A DNA stretch of 40,705 bases from a virus (IMGVR_UViG_3300036778_000215:1-40705); one strand, 5' to 3'. Counted from the stretch's first letter, positions 16,414 to 26,642 are shown. Notes: generated from the letters alone by a model not told the origin. Numbers and translations: made by a program.

Positions 16414-16689
16414 ATGAAAAAAGTCTCAATTATCGTATTGTCGGTGCTGCTGGCCTGTTCACTTTCCGCATGTACATCTGACCCCTTGAAGGCCGAGCAT
16501 AAGAGTGAGCGCCAGGCGCTTAATGCAAAACAAAAGGCTGATCGTCAGGTAGAACGCGCCGAAAAAACACTGGCGGTAACGACTGCATCGACAGCGGCGG
16601 CAACTGCAAATCTGGCTGCTAAAAAACAGGCCCAGCGTAAGGCTGATACCGATTTACAGCAGATCATCTGTCCTGAAATCAACCAATAA
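16414..16689 (+). CDS. Coiled-coil lipoprotein
   Basis: Lipobox LSAC; Ala/Lys/Gln-rich helical body. Confidence 0.75.
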   Translation: MKKVSIIVLSVLLACSLSACTSDPLKAEHKSERQALNAKQKADRQVERAEKTLAVTTASTAAATANLAAKKQAQRKADTDLQQIICPEINQ

Positions 16690-16707
16690 CCCAACGGAGC
16701 GAAACGA

Positions 16708-18165
16708 ATGCAGGTCACTATTGATGGTGTCCCGTTTGTTCCTGCGCGTGGCACATCAGGCGGGATCGGCATTGTTATCTCTACCCATAATAGGGCGAAG
16801 GTATTAAAAAGCGCGCTTGAGCAGCATCTGAAACATTTGCCCACTGGTGCGCTGGTGGTGGTGGTTGACGACGGTTCAAAACCTGCTGCTGTCGTCCCTG
16901 ATGGTATGCAGCTGGTTCGTCATGATCAGTCGCTGGGAATTGTGGCCGCTAAGAACGCCAGCCTGCTGGCGCTGATGGATGCCGGTTGCGAGCATCTTTT
17001 CTTGTGGGACGATGATGCCTGGCCGCTAGTCGATGGATGGCACTTACCGTACATCGAATCACCTGAGCCGCATCTTTCGTATCAGTTCCTTGATCTGGCT
17101 GGCCCGAAAAAACTCAAAGACATTAGCGTGCTACACCAGGATGAGCGCCATATTGCGTACACCGGGCAGCGGGGTGTCATGTTGTATTACCACCGCAGTG
17201 CCATTGAAAAGGTCGGCGGCTTCGACCCGATATACGGGCGCGGCATGTATGAACATGGGGATCTGGCGTTGCGGATCCACAATGCGGGACTGACGACGTG
17301 GGCCTTTGCTGATGTCGTTGGCTCCGAGCGGCTGGTTTATTCTCTCGATGAGCATGAGGCTGTCGAGCGTTCAGTATCACAGCCTGACCGGACACAGCTG
17401 GTTAGACGTAACGCAGGCATTTTCAGCGGGCGTCGCGATTCAGGCTATACCGGATTTGCAGATTATCGGCCTCGTAAAAATCTTGTCCTGACAACGCTGC
17501 TGACCAGCCGACCTGATCCGCAGCGCGGTGTGCGCATGAAACCCGATGCATCGATGCTGACCACCTGGGCGAACTCTGTCAAAGGTGCTGATGCAGTTGT
17601 GTTGGCGGACGAGTTGAAAGCGGCACCATCCGGTGCGCGTCTGGTAGCGGTCGGCGATGTGGACATGAATCCATACTTTCGACGCTGGTTGCATATCTAC
17701 CACTATCTGCGCGATCACCCTGAATACACGGACGTCTGGTGTACCGACGGTACCGACGTGGAGATGCTGCACCAGCCATGGCAGGGCATGGAACAAGGCA
17801 GGCTCTATGTTGGTTCTGAACCGACCCTCTATTCGGATCCGTGGGCACGCAAATCTCATCCAGAGGCGCTTTATGATGGCTTCATTGACCAACACAGCAA
17901 TGAAGTGATGCTTAATGCCGGGTTGCTCGGCGGGAGTCGAGCGGACGTGATGTTGTTTGCCCATGGGATTGTCCGGCTGTATTACCTCATCGAAAGCTGG
18001 CGATTCTGGAAGGTAGAGAAGGGCGACAAAGCCGTCGGTGACATGATGGCGTTTGGCATCGTGGCGAAGTCGTTTGGTGAGCGTGTCGTGACCGGCCCGC
18101 AGGTGCATACAGTATTTAAATCCGGTGGGATCGGAAAGGAGCTGGCATGGTGGCGTCACAAGTGA
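16708..18165 (+). CDS. Two-domain glycosyltransferase (GT2 plus second GT-A domain)
   Basis: VISTHNR, VDDGS, LWDDD, GMYEHGDL; C-terminal TDGTDV, LNAGLLGG, GDM. Confidence 0.88.
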   Translation: MQVTIDGVPFVPARGTSGGIGIVISTHNRAKVLKSALEQHLKHLPTGALVVVVDDGSKPAAVVPDGMQLVRHDQSLGIVAAKNASLLALMDAGCEHLFLWDDDAWPLVDGWHLPYIESPEPHLSYQFLDLAGPKKLKDISVLHQDERHIAYTGQRGVMLYYHRSAIEKVGGFDPIYGRGMYEHGDLALRIHNAGLTTWAFADVVGSERLVYSLDEHEAVERSVSQPDRTQLVRRNAGIFSGRRDSGYTGFADYRPRKNLVLTTLLTSRPDPQRGVRMKPDASMLTTWANSVKGADAVVLADELKAAPSGARLVAVGDVDMNPYFRRWLHIYHYLRDHPEYTDVWCTDGTDVEMLHQPWQGMEQGRLYVGSEPTLYSDPWARKSHPEALYDGFIDQHSNEVMLNAGLLGGSRADVMLFAHGIVRLYYLIESWRFWKVEKGDKAVGDMMAFGIVAKSFGERVVTGPQVHTVFKSGGIGKELAWWRHK

Positions 18166-18761
18166 AATGCGTTGTTGTCGGACACCATGGCAGACGCGTG
18201 CAGGCAGAGGCGCTGGCTGAGCGCCTGGGTGCGCATCTGCTACTGGATGATGGCAATCATGGCGCAAACTGGAACCACTGCAGAGCGATGGAGTGGGCCG
18301 CGCAACAGGACGAACGCGTTGTGGTGCTTGAAGATGACGCTCTGCCTGTTGATGGATTCAGGCAGCTGGCAGGCGAATGGCTTGAGCGCTTTCCTGACTC
18401 GCTGGTGAGCTTCTACCTCGGTACCGGGCGACCGCCGCAGTACCAGCCAAAGATAGCGGAAAAGCTGATTGCGGCTGATAAAACCCACGCTGACTACATC
18501 ACGCTGCCACGCCTCATTCATGGCGTGTGCTACAGCGTACCGCCTGCTCATCTGGCGAACGTGTTGAAGCGATGGGAGAGCCACAAGGCGGCAGACTATG
18601 CGGTCGGTGATGCCTGGGGCGGCGTGGTGGTCTATCCCTGCTGGTCGCTGGTCGACCATCATGATGGCCTGTCGGTCGAGCGACCGTGGAACAACGCGCT
18701 GCGACGTGAGCGGCGGCAGGCATGGCGTCTGCATCGGTGCGAACCGACTGCCACCTCGTGA
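18162..18761 (+). CDS. GT25-like glycosyltransferase
   Basis: GANWNH, VVVLEDDA, GVCYSVP, ADY, LVDH; GTGA overlap with the upstream GT. Confidence 0.7.
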   Translation: MKCVVVGHHGRRVQAEALAERLGAHLLLDDGNHGANWNHCRAMEWAAQQDERVVVLEDDALPVDGFRQLAGEWLERFPDSLVSFYLGTGRPPQYQPKIAEKLIAADKTHADYITLPRLIHGVCYSVPPAHLANVLKRWESHKAADYAVGDAWGGVVVYPCWSLVDHHDGLSVERPWNNALRRERRQAWRLHRCEPTATS

Positions 18762-18767
18762 ATTTTC

Positions 18768-18935
18768 AAAGGTACTCCCGGCGGGGGTGGATCATCCACG
18801 GGGCGCCTAACTCGCGGTAAAAGAGAGTTTTTTGATTTTTGATCCAGCATCACCACCACTGTAAATATTTAATATTTCTGAATAAAAAAAATTCCAGTGT
18901 CGAATCTGGTTGATTTTTATTCATCACTGGAGTGG
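18768..18935 (+). other. Putative cos packaging region
   Basis: Non-coding GC-rich block (GGTACTCCCGGCGGGGG...CCACGGGGCG) followed by an AT-rich tract directly upstream of the small terminase; cut site not determined. Confidence 0.65.
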
Positions 18936-18938
18936 GTC

Positions 18939-19430
18939 ATGGATAGCGAGCTAAAAAGCTTAAAGCTTAATACCAGTCAACTAGCCGCGTTGTCTGGTGT
19001 TCATCGGCAGACGGTTGCGGCACGCCTTAAAAATGTCAGCACATCAGGCGGTAACGACAGCAATTTGAAGCTGTACAGCCTGACAAGTGTGCTGGCTGAG
19101 CTGATGAAAATGCCCGCGCCTATTGCCGAAGGTGAAATGGAACCCCAGGACCGCAAAGCCTGGTATCAGTCGGAACGAGAGCGTCTGAAGTTTGAGCAAG
19201 AGGTGGGAGAACTCATTCCTGCTTCTGATGTGGCGCGGGAGTTTGGCAGTATGGCGAAGGCCATGGTACAGGTGCTTGAGACGCTGCCGGATATTCTTGA
19301 GAGGGATTACGCTCTGACGCCTGATGCTGTCAATCGTGTTCAGGCCATCATCGATGATCTTCGGGATGAGATTGCGCGAAGAGTTACGAGTGACGACAAA
19401 GCAGAGGAGGATGTTCCTGAGGAGGGATGA
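18939..19430 (+). CDS. Terminase small subunit (DUF1441)
   Basis: HTH QLAALSGVHRQTV, DRKAWYQSERER, LETLPDILERD. Confidence 0.88.
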   Translation: MDSELKSLKLNTSQLAALSGVHRQTVAARLKNVSTSGGNDSNLKLYSLTSVLAELMKMPAPIAEGEMEPQDRKAWYQSERERLKFEQEVGELIPASDVAREFGSMAKAMVQVLETLPDILERDYALTPDAVNRVQAIIDDLRDEIARRVTSDDKAEEDVPEEG

Positions 19431-21544
19431 TGTCGGTAGTGTCGACAGCCCACACGCTGAAAAAGGATACAGGGCAATTAATCAAAGCTCCGCGCAGAAT
19501 GCCAGTCGCGGAAGCAGTGGCAAAATATATGCGTGTGCCAACATCGGGAGGAAACTCAGTTCCATGGGATCCCTTAGTGGCTCCGTATGTTATTGAGCCC
19601 ATGAACTGTCTGGCTGCGCGAGAATATGATGCCGTAGTTTTTGTGGGGCCAGCCCGAACCGGTAAAACGAACGGGCTTATTGATGGCTGGATTGTTTATA
19701 ACATCGTCTGCGATCCGTCTGATGTTTTGCTGGTGCAGATGACAAAAGACAAGGCTCAAGAGCACTCCAAAAAACGTCTCGCCCGTACGTTCCGCTGCAG
19801 CCCCGAAGTAAAAAAATGCCTGAGTCCACGGCATAACGACAATAACGTCCACGATAAATACTTTCTGTCCAGTGCGTTCCTGAAGATTGGCTGGCCGGCG
19901 GTCAGCGTCATGTCATCCTCGGATTTTAAATGTGTTGCTCTGACCGATTACGATCGCTTCCCGGAAGATATTGACGGTGAGGGTGATGCCTTCTCTTTAG
20001 CTTCTAAGCGTACCACCACCTTTATGTCTTCGGGCATGACGCTGGTGGAAACCTCGCCTGGTAGGGATATCACAGATGTGAAGTGGCGTAGGCAGACGGC
20101 ACATGAGGCCCCGCCGTGCACTGGGGCTATGTCGCTGTACAATCGTGGTGATCGTCGCCGCTGGTACTGGCAGTGCCCGCATTGCGGGGACTATTTTCAA
20201 CCCAACGGTGATTCGGTTGTAGGGTTCCGTGACATTACCGATCCGGTTATTGCCAGTGAGTCTGCCTATATTGAATGCCCGCACTGCGTGGGAAAAATCA
20301 CTCCTGACCAGAAACGCGCGCTCAACAGTCGCGGCGTATGGCTACGGGAAGGAGAAACAATCAGTAAAGACGGCGTTCGTGGTGGTAACCCCCGCAGATC
20401 AAGAATTGCGAGCTTTTGGATGGAAGGACCCGCTGCTGCATATCAGAAACTGGATCAGCTGGTCTACAAGCTGCTAACTGCCGAGCAGGACTATGAAACT
20501 ACCGGCAGCGAAGAAACTCTTAAAACGGTGATTAACACTGACTGGGGTCAGCCGTACCTGCCGCGTTCTGCAATGGATCAGCGTCGTGGTGAGGATCTGA
20601 TGGCGCGCGCCGAAGTGCTGGAGAAGCGATTTGTTCCACCGCAGGTTCGCTTTCTCGTAGCATCAGTTGACGTGCAGGGTGGGAAAAAACGTCGCTTTGT
20701 GGTGCAGGTAGTTGGATATGGTCAGCACGGTGAACGTTGGGTGATTGACCGTTACAACATTAAAACCTCGCTTCGCTGCAATAGTGATGGTGAGGCGTTG
20801 CCCATTGACCCCGGCAGCTATATCGAGGACTGGAATTTGCTGATCACCGATGTCCTCGATAAAGAATACAGCCTTATATCTGATCCTGATCGAGTGATGC
20901 CGATCATGTGCATGGGAGTTGATAGTGGTGGTGAAGATGGTGTTACCGACAACGCCTACAAATTCTGGCGGCAGTGTCGTCTCGATGGATTACGTAAGCG
21001 TGTTTATCTCTTTAAAGGTGACAGTACTCCACGAGGAAAGCTGATTAATCGCACGTATCCGGACAATACCCACCGATCCGATCGTAAGGCCACAGCACGT
21101 GGTGATGTTCCTCTCTACTTCCTTCAAACCGACCGATTCAAGGATCGTGTGAATAATTCACTGGGTCGCGAAACACCCGGGCCGGGGTATATCCATTTCC
21201 CTGACTGGCTGGGTGAGTGGTTTTACGATGAACTCACCTATGAAGAGCGTGGTGTGGATGGCAAGTGGAAGAAACCCGGCAAGGGAGCTAACGAAGCCCT
21301 CGACCTTATGTGCTACTGCGACGCGTTAGTCGTCCTGCGCGGATATGAGCGCATCAAAGACTGGAGCAAGCCGCCAGACTGGGCCAAACCTCAGCAGTTG
21401 AGCCGGGTTATCTCTGCACCTAAACCGGAAAAATCGGGGCCTATTACAGAGCCTGTACAGCCAAAACCAGTGTTATCGCAATCATCAGCTGGCCCCGGCA
21501 GCATGAAGAAAGCCAAAATCGGGAAAAAATATGCGGATTATTGA
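19427..21544 (+). CDS. Terminase large subunit (lambda gpA family)
   Basis: Walker A GPARTGKT, GDRRRWYWQCPHC, VDVQ, DSGG, NEALD. Confidence 0.96.
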   Translation: MMSVVSTAHTLKKDTGQLIKAPRRMPVAEAVAKYMRVPTSGGNSVPWDPLVAPYVIEPMNCLAAREYDAVVFVGPARTGKTNGLIDGWIVYNIVCDPSDVLLVQMTKDKAQEHSKKRLARTFRCSPEVKKCLSPRHNDNNVHDKYFLSSAFLKIGWPAVSVMSSSDFKCVALTDYDRFPEDIDGEGDAFSLASKRTTTFMSSGMTLVETSPGRDITDVKWRRQTAHEAPPCTGAMSLYNRGDRRRWYWQCPHCGDYFQPNGDSVVGFRDITDPVIASESAYIECPHCVGKITPDQKRALNSRGVWLREGETISKDGVRGGNPRRSRIASFWMEGPAAAYQKLDQLVYKLLTAEQDYETTGSEETLKTVINTDWGQPYLPRSAMDQRRGEDLMARAEVLEKRFVPPQVRFLVASVDVQGGKKRRFVVQVVGYGQHGERWVIDRYNIKTSLRCNSDGEALPIDPGSYIEDWNLLITDVLDKEYSLISDPDRVMPIMCMGVDSGGEDGVTDNAYKFWRQCRLDGLRKRVYLFKGDSTPRGKLINRTYPDNTHRSDRKATARGDVPLYFLQTDRFKDRVNNSLGRETPGPGYIHFPDWLGEWFYDELTYEERGVDGKWKKPGKGANEALDLMCYCDALVVLRGYERIKDWSKPPDWAKPQQLSRVISAPKPEKSGPITEPVQPKPVLSQSSAGPGSMKKAKIGKKYADY

Positions 21545-21749
21545 AATCAAGAACATGCGGGATAAGGCGTTGAAAGCCTATAGCGACGCGCTGGAAGCGC
21601 AGAGCCTTGGAATGAACGGGCGCAACCTGACCCGGCAAAATATCGACACGCTTAAAACCCAGCTGGATTACTGGGAACGCCGTTATTCACTCGCGCTTAA
21701 AAAGGGCAAAAGCAAGCCTTATTCACTGGTTAAATTCACGGGGGCGTGA
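21531..21749 (+). CDS. Head-tail joining protein (gpW-like)
   Basis: Size, position between terminase and portal, GRNLTR. Confidence 0.75.
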   Translation: MRIIEIKNMRDKALKAYSDALEAQSLGMNGRNLTRQNIDTLKTQLDYWERRYSLALKKGKSKPYSLVKFTGA

Positions 21750-23287
21750 TGAATATTTTCACCCGGGCTATCCGGCATGTCTCACCTGGCTGGGCGGCAA
21801 AGCGCCTTCGGTCTGAGATTCAGATTGATGCTTATCAGGCGGCGCACCAGACCCGAACGTATGCCGCTAACCGTGAAAACCGCAGCGCCAATACTGCCGT
21901 CTTTGCCGCTGGTGCATCCATCCGTGAGCAGGCTCGTTGGCTCGATGAGAACCACGATATTGCGATCGGTATTTTGGACAAACTTGAAGAGCGCGTTGTT
22001 GGCGCGCGTGGTATCCAGATTGAGCCGCAACCGTTGGGTTACGACGGTAAGGTTCACGAAAAGTTTGCGGCTGAAATCGCGGCACGATGGGATAAGTGGG
22101 CCGAATCACCGGAGGTCACGGGTTGTTATAGCCTGGCGGAAGCCGAGCGTCTCATGCTGCGCTCAGCCGTCCGTGATGGTGAAGTCTTCACGCAGTTGAT
22201 CCGTGGGCCGGTCAAGGGGGTTGTGTATTCCGGTGGTGTGCAGTTTACCTTCGAAATGCTGGAAGCCGATTTTGTGCCTTTCAACCTGACAGGGGTAAAC
22301 GGGGATGACATCACCATTCAGGGGATAAACGTGAATGCGTGGAATCGTCCGATCTCCTACAACGTTTATAAACACCACCCACAAAGTGGACTTGGAGCAA
22401 GTCAGACAAAAATCATCCCGGCAGAGCGCATGTTGCATCTGGCTATGCGTAAGCGTCTGCACCAGGTGCGCGGCATGTCGATTTTTGCGGGTGTTATTCA
22501 GCGCCTGGCCGACGTTAAAGAATACGAAGACTCGGAACGTATCGCGGCACGTATTGCAGCTTCACTCGGTTTCTTCATCAAACGTGGCGATGGCTCAGTG
22601 TATGCCGACGAGGCTACCGACTGGAAAGCGCCGGACAATCCCAATCGCGCCTTTGAAATGTCTGCAGGCATGATTTATGACGGTCTGGCTCCAGGTGAAG
22701 AACTGGAGATGCTGGAGTCCAACCGGCCCAACACCAATATGCTCGGTTTTCGCAGCGGGCAGTTGCGTGCCACAGCATCTGGCACGCGAACCGGCTATTC
22801 CTCTATCGCCCGTGATTACAACGGCACTTATTCCGCGCAGCGCCAGGAGCTGGTGGAGAGCTTCGAAGGTTATGGCGTTCTGCAGGAATGGTTTGTTTCC
22901 CGCGTGGCCCGTCCGATGTATCGCGAATGGCTGAAAATGCTGCTTCTGAGTGGAATCGACGTACCTGCTGATGTAGATCCCGACTCACTCTACAACGCTA
23001 CCTATATGGCACCAGTAATGCCATGGATCGACCCTGTGAAAGAAGGGGAAGGCTGGAAGACGCAAATTCGTGGCGGGGCTGCAACTGAATCCGAGTGGGT
23101 GCGAGCCCGTGGACTGAGCCCTCGCCAGGTTAAAGCGCAACGTCTGCGGGAAATTGAATTCAACCGTGAACACGAACTGGTGTTTGACACTGACCCGGCT
23201 AATGACAAAGGAACAATAACAAATGAGCAAACAACACCTGGTGCTGGTGGCACCAAAGGCCAGCAGCCAAATCAAGGCGATGAATAA
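21746..23287 (+). CDS. Portal protein, lambda family
   Basis: RDGEVF, QVRG, YSAQRQ, PWIDPVKE. Confidence 0.95.
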   Translation: MMNIFTRAIRHVSPGWAAKRLRSEIQIDAYQAAHQTRTYAANRENRSANTAVFAAGASIREQARWLDENHDIAIGILDKLEERVVGARGIQIEPQPLGYDGKVHEKFAAEIAARWDKWAESPEVTGCYSLAEAERLMLRSAVRDGEVFTQLIRGPVKGVVYSGGVQFTFEMLEADFVPFNLTGVNGDDITIQGINVNAWNRPISYNVYKHHPQSGLGASQTKIIPAERMLHLAMRKRLHQVRGMSIFAGVIQRLADVKEYEDSERIAARIAASLGFFIKRGDGSVYADEATDWKAPDNPNRAFEMSAGMIYDGLAPGEELEMLESNRPNTNMLGFRSGQLRATASGTRTGYSSIARDYNGTYSAQRQELVESFEGYGVLQEWFVSRVARPMYREWLKMLLLSGIDVPADVDPDSLYNATYMAPVMPWIDPVKEGEGWKTQIRGGAATESEWVRARGLSPRQVKAQRLREIEFNREHELVFDTDPANDKGTITNEQTTPGAGGTKGQQPNQGDE

Positions 23288-25283
23288 TCACTGGTATGAG
23301 ATTCAGGCAGCAGCCAATGATTCGCCCGGTGAAATCCATCTTTATGATCAGATAGGCGGCTGGGGTATTTCAGCCAGTCGATTTTTACGAGAGGTCAGCG
23401 AAGCTGGCCTTTTTAATGCCTCACAGGTAGATATCCGTATTCACTCTCCCGGCGGCAGTGTGCTGGATGGCTTTGCTATCTACAACACACTCAAGCGCCT
23501 GACCGGCACCATCAATATTTACGTTGATGGTCTGGCCGCCTCGATGGCATCAGTGATCGCCATGTTGCCGGGGGCAACGGTTCATATGCCGTCCAACGCG
23601 TTCATGATGATCCACAATCCTTATGGCGGGCTGGTGGGGGATTCAAACGATCTTCGGGACTACGCCGACCTGCTCGATAAAAACTCTGCGGTCATGATTG
23701 ATGCCTATACGCAGAAAACCGGGCTTTCCCGAGAGGAAGTCGAATCCCTGATGAGCAATGAGACCTGGATGACCGGCGCGGAAGCGGTGGAAAAAGGTTT
23801 TGCTGATGTGCTGCTGCCTGAAATGCAGATGGCGGCATGTATTAACGATAACGTAACGAAGGAGTTTTCCAAAATGCCAAAGGCAGCCCAGCATATTTTC
23901 GCCCCTCACGGTAATGCCAACCAGTCGCAGGCGCAGCAGCCAGTGGTAACGAACCAGCCTCCGGAGGGGGGCCAGCCAGCGACCGTTGATATCGCCGCAC
24001 TCGCAGCACAGATGGAACAACTGCGCCAGACGCGCGAAACGGAGCGCCGGGCGGCAATCTCTGGCGTGTTCACTCCGTTCGCCAGCCATCCCGGCATGAC
24101 GGAGTTGCAGGCATCCTGCATCAGTGATCAGTTCTGTGATGCCGCGACGGCACAAAAAACGCTGCTGGCCAAACTGGCAGAAGGCACCACGTCCATTGCG
24201 GGCGGTTTTGCGCATGTCCACGCCGGGAACGGCAATATTGTCGGTGATTCGGTGCGTAACGTCATTATGACCCGCGCCGGGCAGGCCGAGCGACAGGCGG
24301 ACAACCAGTTCAACGGCATGTCACTGATGGAGCTGGCGCGCGCGTCGCTGACCCACCGTAATATCGGCGTGGCCAGTCTGGACCGCATGGGGATCGTCGG
24401 CATGGCGTTTACCCACAGCAGCAGCGATTTCTCATTCATTCTGATGGATGTGGCGAACAAGTCGGCGCTGGCAGGCTGGGATGATGCGGAAGAAACCTTT
24501 GATAAATGGACCCGCACCGGTTCTCTGTCTGACTTTAAAGCGGGCAACCGTGTAGGGCTGGAAGCCTTCCCGAGCCTGCGTCAGGTGCGGCCTGGGGCCG
24601 AGTATAAGTACGCGACCCTGAGCGATACCGGCGCATCGATCACGCTGGCCACCTACGGCGAGCTGTTCAGTATCGATCGTCAGGCGATAATTAATGATGA
24701 TTTAAGCTTCATCACTCGTGTACCTGAATCCATGGGCCGTGCCGCAAAAGCCACTGTCGGCGACCTGGTCTACGCGGTTCTGACGGGTGACCAACAGTTC
24801 AACGGGGATTCACTGTTCAGTGCCGAACGTAACAACTATGTTTCTGGTGAATTGAGCGTCGAGAATCTGGCTTCAGCGCGCTCCCAGATGAAACGCCAAA
24901 AATCAGGCGATCGCACACTGAACATTTCCCCGGCTTTCCTGCTGGTACCAACGTTACTGGAAGCCTATGCCGACCAGATTATTCACTCCACGTCGGTGAT
25001 TGGCGAACAAATCAACTCCGGCATTAAAAACCCGGTGATGAACATGGCGGAGATCATCGCGGAACCACGTCTTGACGATGCCGGGGAAGAAGACTGGTAT
25101 CTGGCAGCCCGCAAGGGGGCGGACACTATTGAAGTGGCTTACCTCGATGGTAATGCCGCGCCGACGGTTGAAAGCACCTCTGGCTTTACGGTTGACGGCG
25201 TGACCATGAAAGTGCGCATCGATGCTGGTGTAGCACCGATGGACTTCCGTGGCCTGCTTAAGTCAGCGGGTGCATCCTCCTGA
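23223..25283 (+). CDS. ClpP-like prohead protease / major capsid protein fusion
   Basis: IHSPGG, LAASMAS, MMIHNP, ETWMT; capsid part with RQAIINDD, DTIEVAYLDG. Confidence 0.93.
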   Translation: MSKQHLVLVAPKASSQIKAMNNHWYEIQAAANDSPGEIHLYDQIGGWGISASRFLREVSEAGLFNASQVDIRIHSPGGSVLDGFAIYNTLKRLTGTINIYVDGLAASMASVIAMLPGATVHMPSNAFMMIHNPYGGLVGDSNDLRDYADLLDKNSAVMIDAYTQKTGLSREEVESLMSNETWMTGAEAVEKGFADVLLPEMQMAACINDNVTKEFSKMPKAAQHIFAPHGNANQSQAQQPVVTNQPPEGGQPATVDIAALAAQMEQLRQTRETERRAAISGVFTPFASHPGMTELQASCISDQFCDAATAQKTLLAKLAEGTTSIAGGFAHVHAGNGNIVGDSVRNVIMTRAGQAERQADNQFNGMSLMELARASLTHRNIGVASLDRMGIVGMAFTHSSSDFSFILMDVANKSALAGWDDAEETFDKWTRTGSLSDFKAGNRVGLEAFPSLRQVRPGAEYKYATLSDTGASITLATYGELFSIDRQAIINDDLSFITRVPESMGRAAKATVGDLVYAVLTGDQQFNGDSLFSAERNNYVSGELSVENLASARSQMKRQKSGDRTLNISPAFLLVPTLLEAYADQIIHSTSVIGEQINSGIKNPVMNMAEIIAEPRLDDAGEEDWYLAARKGADTIEVAYLDGNAAPTVESTSGFTVDGVTMKVRIDAGVAPMDFRGLLKSAGASS

Positions 25284-25307
25284 TTTAGTGTTGATAGTTA
25301 GCTTCAT

Positions 25308-25334
25308 ACCGCCACCTTTCGGGGTGGTTTTTTT
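25308..25334 (+). terminator. Terminator after the capsid gene
   Basis: GCCACC-TTTCGG-GGTGGT plus T run. Confidence 0.75.
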
Positions 25335-25354
25335 ATTGAATCGAGGAAGTGAAC

Positions 25355-25684
25355 ATGGCTAAGAATTATGTAGAAGACGGCAAAACGATGGACTGGACCA
25401 ACAGCACTGGCGCGGATGTGGTTTCTGGCGATCCGGTCGTGGTTGGCTCGCTGATTGGTGTGGCCCACGGTGATATTGCCAATGGTGATGGCGGTGTGCT
25501 GCATATGACTGGCGTCATTGCGCTGGCGAAAGATGAAGCAGATACTTGGTCTGCTGGCGATAAACTTTATTTTGACGATACCAGCGGCAATGTGACCGCG
25601 ACCGAAGGCGACATTATTGCCGGTACCGCATGGGCCGACGCTGAGAATGGCGACACTGACGCACCGGTGCGACTGGGTTACTGA
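25355..25684 (+). CDS. DUF2190 capsid cement/decoration protein
   Basis: MAKNYVEDG start, VVSGDPVVVG. Confidence 0.85.
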   Translation: MAKNYVEDGKTMDWTNSTGADVVSGDPVVVGSLIGVAHGDIANGDGGVLHMTGVIALAKDEADTWSAGDKLYFDDTSGNVTATEGDIIAGTAWADAENGDTDAPVRLGY

Positions 25685-26040
25685 TGAGCGACTTCAACGC
25701 GCTGATGGCAGCGGCGGATGATGTCCTGATCTCCACCTTTAATGTCGACGGCAGCGTTGAGTTATGGCCGGGTGAATCCCGGTCACTCACGATACAAGGG
25801 GTGTTCGATAACCCCTTTTTGCTGACTGGCATTCCTGACGGTGGGCAGATTCAGGGCAGCGACCCGTCATTTACCGCGCATGACCGGGATATTATCGGCC
25901 TCCAGAAAAAGGATCCGGTACTTATCATCGATACGACGTGGTATGTGAAATCGCTGCAACCGGATGGCTCCGGTGTAACGCGGGTGTTTTTGTCGAAATA
26001 TCAAAAGTCGGGGCTGGATAAGCTAGGCGACCGATTATGA
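25684..26040 (+). CDS. Head-tail joining / head closure protein
   Basis: GVFD, PDGSG.TRVFL; position. Confidence 0.7.
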   Translation: MSDFNALMAAADDVLISTFNVDGSVELWPGESRSLTIQGVFDNPFLLTGIPDGGQIQGSDPSFTAHDRDIIGLQKKDPVLIIDTTWYVKSLQPDGSGVTRVFLSKYQKSGLDKLGDRL

Positions 26041-26642
26041 GCGGGTTTTATATCGACACCGAGGCGCTGCGCTCTGTAAAGGCGGCGCTCGGAGCTAGCG
26101 AGTCGCAAATGGTCGCGGCCTTTCACAAGGCGCTGCGGCAAACTGTTAACAAGCTCTACAAAGAATCCGTCGCGTTGATGTTCAGCGAACTCGGGGCTAA
26201 AAACCGAAAGGTTGTGCAGCGTCGTATTCGCCAGAGCACAAAAAAGGTATCCGGCAACCAGCCCGGCACCGGCAAGGTGTGGTTTGGCCTGAACGATATG
26301 CCCATCAGTACGTTAAAAGGACGTATTAAAAATCCCCGGATCCGGCGACAGCGCGATGCGAAAGGGCGATTTATTACGGCGAAAGGCTCTCGCGGCGCCA
26401 CGTTCACGCCGAAATCACCTCACCTCAATGCCGTTACTTTCCTCAATTCGTTCGGTGCCACCGTGCGCGGTAAGCGTTCCATCTGGATCCGTCAGGACAA
26501 CGGGCATGTGGCGGAGGCGCGTATCGCGGTTTACAACCCCATGGTTTCTGCAGTTCAAAGTGACCTCTTCGGGCATGCGGGTGAAACACTGATGGATTAC
26601 TTCACAAAGGATTTGCGCGGCAGGGTGGCGGGCAATGTGTAA
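26037..26642 (+). CDS. Tail completion protein (gpZ-like)
   Basis: Basic, KVWFGLN motif; position. Confidence 0.65.
   Translation: MSGFYIDTEALRSVKAALGASESQMVAAFHKALRQTVNKLYKESVALMFSELGAKNRKVVQRRIRQSTKKVSGNQPGTGKVWFGLNDMPISTLKGRIKNPRIRRQRDAKGRFITAKGSRGATFTPKSPHLNAVTFLNSFGATVRGKRSIWIRQDNGHVAEARIAVYNPMVSAVQSDLFGHAGETLMDYFTKDLRGRVAGNV

Noticed and set aside
17440-18734. Long minus-strand ORFs (275 aa, 164 aa) opposite the glycosyltransferases
   Set aside because: Shadow frames of motif-bearing plus-strand genes.
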